The position numbers were made by a program, and so were the translations under genes. From contig CAZRPY010000006.1 in assembly GCA_964602245.1 (NCBI GenBank), positions 77 to 64,076 of the forward strand: a DNA stretch of 64,000 nucleotides, read 5' to 3'. Numbering within the stretch: position 1 is the first letter of the stretch; each line of letters starts with the position of its first letter. The notes under the pieces are model-generated. The model ran no database searches. It was not told the origin of the DNA and was given only the letters and a program-made list of their open reading frames with translations. Shown here in pieces: positions 46,004 through 55,157 of the stretch. The stretch comes from an uncultured Methanosarcinales archaeon (GTDB taxonomy: Archaea > Nanobdellota > Nanobdellia > Woesearchaeales > JACPIF01).

Positions 46004-46100
46004 CGTCTTATTTTCATATTCTTTGACGAACTAGTTTATAAATGTTGCGGAAAATAAGACGAATTCCGAGACTAGGAATCAAGTTCCTATGTTGAGGAAA
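46004..46100 (+). repeat. Fragment related to the structured-element family (copy F): 12-bp hairpin plus a ccgagac-taggaa/ttccta-tgttgaggaa module
   Basis: cgtcttattttc (46004-15) pairs with gaaaataagacg (46050-61). attccgagactaggaatcaagttcctatgttgaggaa matches the inner module of copy C. Confidence 0.4.
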
Positions 46101-46114
46101 TTTTCTGTGGTAAG

Positions 46115-46807
46115 TCATACTTTCTCCAGCTTTATTATCTGGTCTATCTCAAGCCTGGAGATTGAGCAGCCATGAAGCTTTACACCCCATAGAACGCTTT
46201 CCAATAAGACTTTCTTAGCATTTGGAATATCTGCAATAAAGCTGTCAAGAATGCCGAGCTCAAAAGCCAATGTAACAAGTTCTGAAGATCTTATTATTTT
46301 TATATCTCTATTTAGTAGATTCTTAAAATTTGATAGAGCATCATGATTGATGTCCACTTTTATATTTAATCTTTCACTTAAAATTTTCTTGAGCAAATGA
46401 GGGCCTTCAATTAAAAGCCTAGTTGTTCTCTCGTCAATAACAAGCAGATCAGAATTATTAATTGCTGTAGCTGCAAGAGACTGCATCTCAGCATGCTGTA
46501 CTATAACTAAATTTTTCTTTTCTGAGATATAAGCATGGTTTGCATAGTCTAATAATTGTAAAGACTTTTGTTTTATGTCAAATGAGTCAATAACTTCTAG
46601 AGTTCCATTTTTAATTATCTCCATTATCTGCAGAGCCTCAAACTTGAACCTTTTTGTTGCAATAGGATGCTCAACTAACTCATATTTAGACGCTTTAGTA
46701 ATGTAAAAATCACCTTTATATGCCTGCTTTAGCGGCTTAAGAATCCAGAGCAAATTGTTAGTTGTAAGGCTAATTACAGGGCCAGTGTCAAAAACTATGT
46801 TCCTCAT
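46115..46807 (-). CDS. PIN-like domain protein (predicted nuclease)
   Basis: MRNIVFDTGPVISL N-terminus and a later VIDERTTRLL acidic motif are PIN-like. The family is not firmly identified. Confidence 0.4.
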   Translation of the reverse strand: MRNIVFDTGPVISLTTNNLLWILKPLKQAYKGDFYITKASKYELVEHPIATKRFKFEALQIMEIIKNGTLEVIDSFDIKQKSLQLLDYANHAYISEKKNLVIVQHAEMQSLAATAINNSDLLVIDERTTRLLIEGPHLLKKILSERLNIKVDINHDALSNFKNLLNRDIKIIRSSELVTLAFELGILDSFIADIPNAKKVLLESVLWGVKLHGCSISRLEIDQIIKLEKV

Positions 46808-46851
46808 TTTATCTATGATTAATTTTTATATTCCGAATATTAAAGGTGCAA

Positions 46852-47403
46852 TTATCTGTTAAATACTGATCTTGCAATAAATAATCTGTTTTTAACATTT
46901 ACAGGATTTTCTTCAATATCTGATATTTTTGTTTTTCCGACATAGCTCATTAACTCCCATTTTGAGATGCCAAGGAGCTCAGCAGCTCTTCCACTAGATA
47001 GGCCATGCTCATATAGCTTTGAGCCTTTCTTTATTTTTGCTTTTTCAATTACCTCTTCTATGTATATGCCAAGCTTAGAATCTAATTTTGAAACTATCTC
47101 AAGAACCTTTTTTCCTATCTCCCTAAAGCTATTTATATCATTTTTCTCAATCATAGATTTTGATTGCTGGAACAGCCTAATTAGTTGAGAGCACTCTTCT
47201 TTGCATTCTGCATGCCTTTCTAAAATCTTTGAAACAGAATAAGTGATTATAGCCATTGATATTGAATCTTGATCCTGGAAGATTGAAGCACTTTTTATAG
47301 TTTTGTCGCTTAATGATTTTATAAGAAGAATATCACCTTTTTGCAATGCTTGAATGATAAGCTCAAGTGTTTGCATTATCAATAATCTTGTTTGCTCTTC
47401 CAT
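46852..47403 (-). CDS. Helical protein with a C-terminal HTH (UPF0175/antitoxin-like)
   Basis: GRAAELLGISKWELMSYVGK near the C-terminus. Directly upstream of the PIN-like gene. Confidence 0.4.
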   Translation of the reverse strand: MEEQTRLLIMQTLELIIQALQKGDILLIKSLSDKTIKSASIFQDQDSISMAIITYSVSKILERHAECKEECSQLIRLFQQSKSMIEKNDINSFREIGKKVLEIVSKLDSKLGIYIEEVIEKAKIKKGSKLYEHGLSSGRAAELLGISKWELMSYVGKTKISDIEENPVNVKNRLFIARSVFNR

Positions 47404-47512
47404 TACTCTTATTAAAATTTGTAAGGTATATAAAAATTTCTATTAAACAGAACCTTACACTGGAGTATTATCCTAAAGTTATTGATTCTATTATTGATGA
47501 AATCTAGATTAA

Positions 47513-48691
47513 TTATGATAATTGTGATACTTCAATCCTTGTAATAAATGTAAATATTAATGCTAAAACTCCAAGAAATACTAGTGCATGAGACAAAGTA
47601 ATATCTGCCAATAGTCCAACAATTGGATATAAAATAGCAATCATAATTTTTTCCAATAGCGAAACTGAAGATAAGACTGTAGCACGATTTCTACTTTCAA
47701 TATGTTTATTCATGAAATCCGATAGAATTGGTGAACGTAGGATTTTCAATCCAGAGATTAAGAAAATACTTAATAAGACGAAATATACATTTTTGGACAT
47801 TGCGAGTCCGACAAATAACACAGATGGAATTAAAGCAGAATAAAAAAGAATATTCTTCATTCCAAATAAACTTCCTAATCGTTTGACATTAAACAGCAAC
47901 AGGATTGCAAATAAATTATATCCTGCTCCAATGAATCCGTAATAAGCCACATCTATTCCTATACTTCCTGATAGAGGCTGATAAAACCAAAACATGAAGA
48001 ATGTTATAGAAGATATTAAGATAGAATTTATTGCAAATGCCCTTAATATTTTATTACTATATAATTGTTTTAGTCCATCAATTCCCAATTTTACAAAATT
48101 TTCAGTTGGCTCATGTCGTTTTGGCTCTTTTATTGAGAAGTATATGAAAAATGCTAATATTGAGAATAGAGCTGACAAAATGAATGTAAAAGCTAATGAA
48201 TTCGGATATGGAATAAAATTAGAACCTGCTACTAATGAGCCTAAAGGCAATGAAATAAGAATTCCTAATGTTCCAGCAGCTTCATATCTTGATAGATAAT
48301 ATCTTCCCTGCTTTTTTTTCTTTAATTCAATTAATGAATCGTAAATTAATGCCTTATCAGCTCCAGAAATTAGTGCGCATCCAAGTGCACCAATAAATTC
48401 AGCCAAATAAAGAACATAATAGCTTCTTGTGAATCCAAATATCAATAAGTCAATCCCAAAAAACAAAACACCAAGAGCTAGAGATACTTTTCTTCCATAT
48501 TTATCAGCTACAATGCCTGTTGGGATTTCTAGTAATACTATCCATAATATAAACCATGCTTGCAGGATAAAGATTTTAGTATAATCTACTTGAAGCCAAT
48601 CTAAAAAGTATGGAACTGAAATAGCTCCAAAGAAATTTAAATTGCTTAAAAATCTTGCTATATAGCTCTTGTGAATGTTGTTAAATTGCAT
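47513..48691 (-). CDS. MFS transporter
   Basis: 12 predicted TM helices. GIVADKYGRK loop 2-3 motif. Confidence 0.8.
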   Translation of the reverse strand: MQFNNIHKSYIARFLSNLNFFGAISVPYFLDWLQVDYTKIFILQAWFILWIVLLEIPTGIVADKYGRKVSLALGVLFFGIDLLIFGFTRSYYVLYLAEFIGALGCALISGADKALIYDSLIELKKKKQGRYYLSRYEAAGTLGILISLPLGSLVAGSNFIPYPNSLAFTFILSALFSILAFFIYFSIKEPKRHEPTENFVKLGIDGLKQLYSNKILRAFAINSILISSITFFMFWFYQPLSGSIGIDVAYYGFIGAGYNLFAILLLFNVKRLGSLFGMKNILFYSALIPSVLFVGLAMSKNVYFVLLSIFLISGLKILRSPILSDFMNKHIESRNRATVLSSVSLLEKIMIAILYPIVGLLADITLSHALVFLGVLALIFTFITRIEVSQLS

Positions 48692-48838
48692 TTATTTAAT
48701 AATCAATGATATAATTTATTAATATTATGTTGTGTAAAAGAGTAGTTACTAGCATTCCTAACTTTTCTTAACAGAAAAGTATATATACAGTATGTTTTAG
48801 TAAGACGCACTAATACTAGTTTTAAGGTGTTGGTTTTA

Positions 48839-49471
48839 ATGTTAGATATAATACCTAAGTTCATAAAGAAAGTTCTGAATGCATTATTTAAGAGGAAGAG
48901 GCATATTAAGCTTGGCTTGTATGGGCCGCCTAATGGTGGCAAGACTACTCTAGCAAATAGGATATGCCAAGACTGGCTAGGAGAGGAGATGGGCAACGTC
49001 TCTAGTATACCTCATGAGACACGAGAAATAAATGTAAAAGAGCAGATTAATGTCAAGAGCAAGGGTAAGGAACTGTCATTTAGCTTAATAGACACGCCAG
49101 GTATAGCTACAAAGATAGATTACGAGGATTTTATGAAATCTGGAATGACAGAGAGCTTGGCAAAGAAAAGAGCAAAAGAAGCTACAAGGGGGGTTATAGA
49201 TTCCATAAAATGGCTTGATGACATGGATACAGTAGTAATAGTGCTTGATGCAACTAAAGATCCTTATTCCCAGGTCAATATCACTATTGTTGGAAATTTA
49301 GAGGCAAGAAAAATTCCTGTGCTGATAGTTGCAAATAAAATAGACCTGAAAAGAGCTAATTTAAAGAGAGTCCAGGCAGCATTTCCTCAGTACAGTGTTG
49401 TAGGCATATCAGCTAAGCGCGGTGATAATATAGACAAATTTTATGAAGCTTTATTTGTATTAGCAGGCTAA
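48839..49471 (+). CDS. Small P-loop GTPase
   Basis: G1 GPPNGGKTT, G3 DTPG, G4 NKID. AAGGTG SD lies 9 nt before the ATG at 48839. Confidence 0.8.
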   Translation: MLDIIPKFIKKVLNALFKRKRHIKLGLYGPPNGGKTTLANRICQDWLGEEMGNVSSIPHETREINVKEQINVKSKGKELSFSLIDTPGIATKIDYEDFMKSGMTESLAKKRAKEATRGVIDSIKWLDDMDTVVIVLDATKDPYSQVNITIVGNLEARKIPVLIVANKIDLKRANLKRVQAAFPQYSVVGISAKRGDNIDKFYEALFVLAG

Positions 49472-49472
49472 A

Positions 49473-49871
49473 ATGCTAACCCTACAATTTATTCCGCATA
49501 GTGAGATTGAGCATCTTGGAAGTGCAAGAAGGGTTAAAAAACTGCTTGATTTAGTTAAGCAAGATAAGATTGTATTGCTTGAGGGGAGGCTAAGAGAGCA
49601 AGAGGAAAAAGATTTAATAGAAATTACAATGGAGGAGATTGATAATAAGTTTAAGGGCATAGAGCTTAGTGTAGTGTATCCTGATAATAAAAGTAATAGC
49701 TTATTAAAGAAGCTAAAGCATGGAATGATTAAGGCATTACTTGGATATAGGCAGGGGTTAACAATAATAGGGCCTGCCTCTATAGTCAAGGAGATTAAGA
49801 AGGATCCTGAAAAGATAGAATTATTAATAGTGGATAAGAGCAAAGGTAAAAAGAGAAAGATTAAAAGATAA
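49473..49871 (+). CDS. Conserved archaeal protein, DUF2073-like (from memory)
   Basis: Follows the GTPase with a 1-nt gap. I recall this family as the usual neighbour of such GTPases in archaea. Not verifiable here. Confidence 0.5.
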   Translation: MLTLQFIPHSEIEHLGSARRVKKLLDLVKQDKIVLLEGRLREQEEKDLIEITMEEIDNKFKGIELSVVYPDNKSNSLLKKLKHGMIKALLGYRQGLTIIGPASIVKEIKKDPEKIELLIVDKSKGKKRKIKR

Positions 49872-49883
49872 TATTATAATAAA

Positions 49884-50076
49884 TAATTTGCATAACGAGG
49901 CACGAGTTAGCAAGTACAGAACTGCGGTTCTGTAAGTACCTGCGTGCCTTTACCATAAGTCCGCTTATCCATGATGTATTGTGTGGTAGCGGACAGGTTG
50001 AGGAACTGCGTTCCGAGACCTCCGGAAACCATAGGTTTCCGACAGGTACTACAATAAGTCACAAAGTTGCAAGTTA
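49884..50076 (+). ncRNA. GC-rich structured element, family copy B (P2 carries an extra nested hairpin)
   Basis: taatttgca/tgcaagtta closing helix. aggcacg...cgtgcct with an inner acagaac/gttctgt hairpin. gtccgct (49959-65) / agcggac (49988-94). gttgaggaac-tgc-gttccgagac. cggaaacc/ggtttccg. acaggta. Confidence 0.6.
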
Positions 50077-50159
50077 ATATTAATAAATTGAATAATATAT
50101 ATTAAAATAAAATTTAATAACACTAAAAAATAAGAAAAATCTAATAAAAAGTGATTAAC

Positions 50160-50573
50160 ATGCCTCATCAATGTGTAAGATGTAATACTTTCTACGCAGA
50201 TGGTTCTAATGAAATATTGACTGGATGCAATTGTGGTGGCAAGCTATTTTTCTTTATGAAGCAGGAAAAGATGGAGGAATTGAAAAGGCTGCAGGAATAT
50301 GCTAAAAAACTAAGTTCAAAAGAGAAGCAAGAGATTGAAGAGGATATCTATGAAATTGCTGGAAGCGAGATAGACAGGACTGAACCAGTTGTCCTTGACT
50401 TGGAATCTGTCAGAATAATTGAGCCAGGAAAATATGAAATTGATTTAGTCCAACTCTTTAAAGGAGAGCCTCTGATATTTAAGCTTGAAGAAGGCAAATA
50501 TATGATTGACTTGATAGAGACTTTTAGAAGCATGGGAAAGCAGAAACAGACAAATAGGAAAAAAAGAGGCTAG
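50160..50573 (+). CDS. Zn-ribbon-containing protein (DUF2072-like, from memory)
   Basis: MPHQCVRCNTFY...GCNCGGKLFFF zinc ribbon followed by an acidic helical region. Confidence 0.55.
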   Translation: MPHQCVRCNTFYADGSNEILTGCNCGGKLFFFMKQEKMEELKRLQEYAKKLSSKEKQEIEEDIYEIAGSEIDRTEPVVLDLESVRIIEPGKYEIDLVQLFKGEPLIFKLEEGKYMIDLIETFRSMGKQKQTNRKKRG

Positions 50574-50574
50574 A

Positions 50575-51744
50575 TTAAATTTTGCTCGCATATATTTTAG
50601 CGTCATTAATTACTTTCTTTAAAGGAATATTATGTTTTTCAGCTATTTTAACACAATCTTCATATTCTGGGGAGATATTCAGTACTTTGCCATTTAATTT
50701 GCCAATCTTAAGTGTTATTTCTCCATACTTGGTCTTAACTTTTCTTTTTTCTATATCCAGTCTTTTCCTTGCAGTTGGATAAATTCTCATACCTAAGGTG
50801 GTTGTTTCTTTAAAAATAATTTCAGCTAATTTATCTGTATCATCTATTTTGCATATTACTGATAGCTTTATCCCTGGCCTTTGCTTTTTTATCATTATAT
50901 TAGTTAGAAAAACGTCTAATACGCCATTAGCAAATAATTTCTCCATTAAATATTGATAAATTTGAGGGTTCATATCGTCAATATTTGTTTCTATCATGTT
51001 TGTTATCTCTTCTTTTGGGTTTCTTTTTACTTCTTCACCTAGAAATACTCTTAAAACATTTGGATGCTCAAATTCATGATTACCTGCACCATAACCTATC
51101 TTTTCTAGCGTAAATTCTGGAGTTTGAAATTCTGCTAATGATAGAATAGCTGCACCTGTTGGAGTTACTAATTCCTTATCAATATCAATAGGTCTTATTT
51201 TTGCATTTGAATTCTTTAATATCTCTATTGTTGCTGGTCCTGGATTTGGCCATTTCCCATGAGAGAATTTTATGAAGCCATTGCCTAATGGAACTGAAGA
51301 AGAATATATTTTATCTATGCCTAATTTATTTAAGCATATAGATGTTGAAATAATATCTACAATTGTGTCAATTGCTCCTATCTCATGAAAGGTTAGCTGT
51401 GAAAGTGCTTTATTATGTATTTTAGACTCAGCTTTTGCAATATTATTAAGTATTCTGATTGCCAAATCCTTTACTTGTTTTGAAAGCCTGTTTTTTTCTA
51501 TTACGGTTAATATATCATTATAGTTTCTTTCATGTACTTTTGCTTTTTTGTCTATTATCACATTAAATTTAGTTGCTATAATGCCCTTTTTATTAACTTT
51601 CTTTGCTTCGATGTGATACCCTTTTAGATTTAATTTATTCAGCTCTGATTTTAGGTAATTGATAGGAATTCCTAAATCTAGCAGTGCACCAGCTGTCATA
51701 TCGCCTGATATGCCTGAAAAGCAGTCAAAGTAGAGTATTTTCAT
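50575..51744 (-). CDS. larC: Nickel-pincer cofactor biosynthesis protein LarC (nickel insertion, DUF111)
   Basis: MKILYFDCFSGISGDM N-terminus, HEIGAIDTIVDI. 389 aa single-chain form. Confidence 0.85.
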   Translation of the reverse strand: MKILYFDCFSGISGDMTAGALLDLGIPINYLKSELNKLNLKGYHIEAKKVNKKGIIATKFNVIIDKKAKVHERNYNDILTVIEKNRLSKQVKDLAIRILNNIAKAESKIHNKALSQLTFHEIGAIDTIVDIISTSICLNKLGIDKIYSSSVPLGNGFIKFSHGKWPNPGPATIEILKNSNAKIRPIDIDKELVTPTGAAILSLAEFQTPEFTLEKIGYGAGNHEFEHPNVLRVFLGEEVKRNPKEEITNMIETNIDDMNPQIYQYLMEKLFANGVLDVFLTNIMIKKQRPGIKLSVICKIDDTDKLAEIIFKETTTLGMRIYPTARKRLDIEKRKVKTKYGEITLKIGKLNGKVLNISPEYEDCVKIAEKHNIPLKKVINDAKIYASKI

Positions 51745-51746
51745 TT

Positions 51747-52325
51747 TTATTTCACCTTTACAGCATCAATAAAAATCATAAAAATACCAGTATGGTTGTT
51801 TATTTTAAAGTCATTATCTTCAAGAAGCTTAAACAATTCTTGTTTCGTAAACATAGATTCTGGAGGAAATAGCTGCCTTATAGGCCAGATAAAAGTTTGT
51901 TTTGTAAAATCCATTATATAGAAATGGCCGCCTCTCTTCAGTACTCTAGCAGATTCCTTAATTACTTTAGGATATTCTTTGATATGGTGCAAAGCTTCTG
52001 TTTCAAGCACATAGTCAAATTCTTCATTTTTAAAATTTAATTTTGTGCCATCTCCCTGTTCAAATTTAACATTCTTTAAATGCCCATTTCTCTTCTTGGC
52101 TAAATAGATTTGACTTTTATCATAATCTATTGAAATTATTTTTATATTTTTGTATTCTTTGCTTATTAACTTGCTAGTTTCTCCAACACCACAACCAATC
52201 TCCAAGACTCGGCCTTTTAATTCCTTATTTATAAATCTAAATAGCGAGGGGAAAAATATAATCTTATGGAAAAGATTACAAAAATCAGAGTTTACAAACC
52301 ATTTCTCAAATTTGTGCATTTCCAT
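51747..52325 (-). CDS. Class I SAM-dependent methyltransferase
   Basis: VLEIGCGVGE motif I. Embedded between larB and larC with 2-nt and 28-nt gaps. Confidence 0.75.
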   Translation of the reverse strand: MEMHKFEKWFVNSDFCNLFHKIIFFPSLFRFINKELKGRVLEIGCGVGETSKLISKEYKNIKIISIDYDKSQIYLAKKRNGHLKNVKFEQGDGTKLNFKNEEFDYVLETEALHHIKEYPKVIKESARVLKRGGHFYIMDFTKQTFIWPIRQLFPPESMFTKQELFKLLEDNDFKINNHTGIFMIFIDAVKVK

Positions 52326-52353
52326 ATTCTTTTTAATTTTAGTACTAGCTACT

Positions 52354-53091
52354 TTATTTATTAATCAAGCTAGCAAAATAGCCTGCGCCAAATCCATTGT
52401 CTATATTTACAACAACAATTCCTGGGCAGCATGAGTTTAGCATTGAAAGTAAAGCAGATAAGCCTTGGAAATTTGAGCCATAGCCAACTGATGTTGGAAC
52501 AGCTATAACTGGCTTTGAGGTTAAGCCGCAGATTACAGAGGGCATCGCACCTTCCATTCCAGCAATAGCAATTATTACATTTGGTTCTTCAAATTTATCT
52601 ATATTTTTTAGAATTCTTTGAATTCCAGCAACACCAATATCATGTATTACTTCTACATTATTGCCCATTAATTCTGCTGTAACTTTAGCTTCTTCTGCAA
52701 CTGGAATGTCAGAAGTCCCTGCAGTTAAAATTAATATTTTACCTTTCTTTTGATTTAAGATTTTATTTTTTCTTATTACTATTGTTCTTGCAATTTTATT
52801 GTATTCGGCATTTTTAAATCTCTTAATTATAACTTTGGCAGTATCTTCTTTAACTCTTGTTAGAAGTGTACTGGAATTATTCTTACTCATGTGCTTAGCA
52901 ATCTTTACTACTTGTTCAGCTGTCTTGTTCTGGCAAAATACAACCTCTCCAAAACCTTTTCTTAAATGCCTATGATAGTCTATTTTTGCAAAATCAATAT
53001 CCTTAAAAGGGAGAGTCCTTAACTTACTTAGAACATTCTTTTCTTGGATCTTTCCATTCTTGAAATCCTGGAGAAGCTGTTGGACATTCAT
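52354..53091 (-). CDS. larB: Nickel-pincer cofactor biosynthesis protein LarB (NaAD carboxylase/hydrolase, PurE-like)
   Basis: ILTAGTSDIPVAEEA and GMEGAMPSV are PurE/AIR-carboxylase-like. The N-terminal extension is typical of LarB. Confidence 0.8.
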   Translation of the reverse strand: MNVQQLLQDFKNGKIQEKNVLSKLRTLPFKDIDFAKIDYHRHLRKGFGEVVFCQNKTAEQVVKIAKHMSKNNSSTLLTRVKEDTAKVIIKRFKNAEYNKIARTIVIRKNKILNQKKGKILILTAGTSDIPVAEEAKVTAELMGNNVEVIHDIGVAGIQRILKNIDKFEEPNVIIAIAGMEGAMPSVICGLTSKPVIAVPTSVGYGSNFQGLSALLSMLNSCCPGIVVVNIDNGFGAGYFASLINK

Positions 53092-53092
53092 A

Positions 53093-53965
53093 TTATTTAA
53101 TTTCAGATAATTTAATGACAGATTCTTTTAACATAGCATTATTTAAGTTGCCAGATTTGAATTCTCTTAAGTCAAGAGTTGTGAACTTGAAGCCAACCTC
53201 TTTGAATCTCTTGTCTATAATGTCTTTATTTTGTACTATTAGCAATATATCCTCAGCCTTAACCTCAATCCTTGCAATATCATCATGATGCCTTACTCTG
53301 AATTCTTTAAAACCTAAATCTTCAAGTAAGCTTTCAGCTAAATCAATCATTCTTAACTTTTGTGGTGTTATTTCCTTGCCATAGGGAACTCTTGAAGAAA
53401 GACAGGGTGATGAGGGCTTGTCATGGGTAGGTAGATTGTAGAACTTTGAGAGCTGTCTTATATCCTGCTTTGTAAAGCCTAGCTCTTTTAACGGGCTTCT
53501 AATATCGTGCTCTGATGCAGCTTTCATTCCAGGCCTGTAATCAGATAAGTCATCGTAATTTGTACCGTCTATGATATGTGGAATATTCATTTCTTTTGAT
53601 AAACTAGTAAGCTTAGTATATAACTCATCTTTACAGAAATAACATCTGTTACTAGGATTTTGCTTATAATTCTCATTATCTAGCTCTTCAGTACTAATTA
53701 TCTTATGGTTAGCTCCGATTAATTTTGCCATATTAATAGCATCTCTGAAATCTTTTTCTGCAATTGAGGGAGAATAAGCTGTAACTGCAATAGCATTATT
53801 GCCAAGCACTTCAGTAGCGACTTTTGTTAAGAAAGTTGAGTCAACACCACCTGAAAAGGCTATAATTACTTTATTCATTGCTCTTAGCTCTTTTTTTAAT
53901 TTGTATAGTTTCTCTTTTAACTCTGGATTTAAGTCTTCTTGTTTTTGCTTTAACTTAACTTTCAT
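53093..53965 (-). CDS. larE: ATP-dependent sacrificial sulfur transferase LarE (PP-loop)
   Basis: AFSGGVDS PP-loop and the SPCLSSR cysteine motif. Confidence 0.85.
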   Translation of the reverse strand: MKVKLKQKQEDLNPELKEKLYKLKKELRAMNKVIIAFSGGVDSTFLTKVATEVLGNNAIAVTAYSPSIAEKDFRDAINMAKLIGANHKIISTEELDNENYKQNPSNRCYFCKDELYTKLTSLSKEMNIPHIIDGTNYDDLSDYRPGMKAASEHDIRSPLKELGFTKQDIRQLSKFYNLPTHDKPSSPCLSSRVPYGKEITPQKLRMIDLAESLLEDLGFKEFRVRHHDDIARIEVKAEDILLIVQNKDIIDKRFKEVGFKFTTLDLREFKSGNLNNAMLKESVIKLSEIK

Positions 53966-54648
53966 AATAAACCTCCCAAACCTATTTTGTAAATAATTGA
54001 TAAGCCAAGGAAAATGCTGATTAAGGCTGAGAAAGCTTTTAGTGCATTTTTGGTATTTTCTAACCTTGCAGGAATTAGCGTGAAAGGAATTGATATTATT
54101 GAGCTTATGAGCATCATTCCTAGGATTGAGCCTGCTCCAAAAATTAAGATGTACAATAATCCTAACCAGATAGAATTAATAGTGCTTAACACTAATAAGG
54201 AAAGGACAGCACTTCCTGCTAAGCCATGCAATATTCCTATATATAATGATTTATGTGTATGATTATGATGATATCTAATATATTTATGGGAATGAAAGTG
54301 TAAATGACTATTGGTTCCATGTTTATGTCTATGGATATGCACTTTATCCTTTACTATTTGTATTGCTAAATTTATTCCTAGTATTAAAAGCATGATTCCT
54401 ACAATTAGTTCAAATGATAAAGCTAATTTTTCTGGGATTGAAATTTTTAATAGTAAGATAACTAAGCCAATTGCTAGCAAGGCTATAGTATGACCCAGGC
54501 CCCAGAACATGCCAAGCAGGGAAGCTTCTTTTATAGTTCTATCTTTAGAAATCATAGTAGAGATTGCAGCTATATGGTCTGCATCCAGTGCATGCTTAAT
54601 TCCTAGCAGGAAACCAAAGCCTAGTAATGTGAAAGGCAAAATACTCAT
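53962..54648 (-). CDS. Nickel/cobalt transporter (NicO/RcnA-like) with a His-rich loop
   Basis: LGIKHALDADHIAAI signature. Loop HIHRHKHGTNSHLHFHSHKYIRYHHNHTH. Six TM helices. Confidence 0.8.
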   Translation of the reverse strand: MSILPFTLLGFGFLLGIKHALDADHIAAISTMISKDRTIKEASLLGMFWGLGHTIALLAIGLVILLLKISIPEKLALSFELIVGIMLLILGINLAIQIVKDKVHIHRHKHGTNSHLHFHSHKYIRYHHNHTHKSLYIGILHGLAGSAVLSLLVLSTINSIWLGLLYILIFGAGSILGMMLISSIISIPFTLIPARLENTKNALKAFSALISIFLGLSIIYKIGLGGLL

Positions 54649-54747
54649 AATACTTCGAATTATACTAATTTAGAACAGCTTATAAATATTACGTTTTTTA
54701 GAATAGTAACACCAAGATTTATATATCAAATTATTTTTCTTATCTTT

Positions 54748-55134
54748 ATGGCAGATAAAATAGCAAGAACAGGGGTTTCTTTTGATCCATATTTACTCAA
54801 AAGATTTGACGAGTACATTAGGCAAAAGGGTTATAAGAAAAGAAGTGAAGCAATATCTGATATTGTAAGAGAAAGGGTGTTTAAGTCAGAAGAAAAGCAA
54901 GTAGTTGCTGTAATAAGGATTATTTATGACCCCAGAGAGGGGCACTTTAATGTTAATTTAACAAAGTTTCAGCATGAATATAACTGTTTGATATTATCTA
55001 CAACAAGGGTTTATCTTGACTACCACACATGCCTTGAGATAATGGTTGTTAAGGAAAGTAGGGAAAAATTAAAAAGAATCCTTAAGAAACTTAAAAAGCT
55101 GAATGTTAAAGATGTGAGGATGGAGATTGTTTGA
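54748..55134 (+). CDS. nikR: Nickel-responsive transcriptional regulator NikR (ribbon-helix-helix plus ACT-like domain)
   Basis: TGVSFDPYLLKRFDEYI...RSEAISDIVRE RHH domain. C-terminal H...H..C candidate metal ligands. Confidence 0.8.
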   Translation: MADKIARTGVSFDPYLLKRFDEYIRQKGYKKRSEAISDIVRERVFKSEEKQVVAVIRIIYDPREGHFNVNLTKFQHEYNCLILSTTRVYLDYHTCLEIMVVKESREKLKRILKKLKKLNVKDVRMEIV

Positions 55135-55157
55135 CTATCTTTAAATTACTAAATTTT

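Noticed and set aside
48703-48996. 97-aa minus-strand ORF overlapping the GTPase start
   Set aside because: It overlaps the P-loop region of a well-supported gene on the opposite strand and has no motif or RBS.
54669-54706. Direct repeat TTTAGAAYAG (54669-78, 54697-706) as a NikR operator
   Set aside because: It is only 10 bp and AT-rich, with no dyad symmetry as expected for NikR tetramers. It could easily arise by chance.
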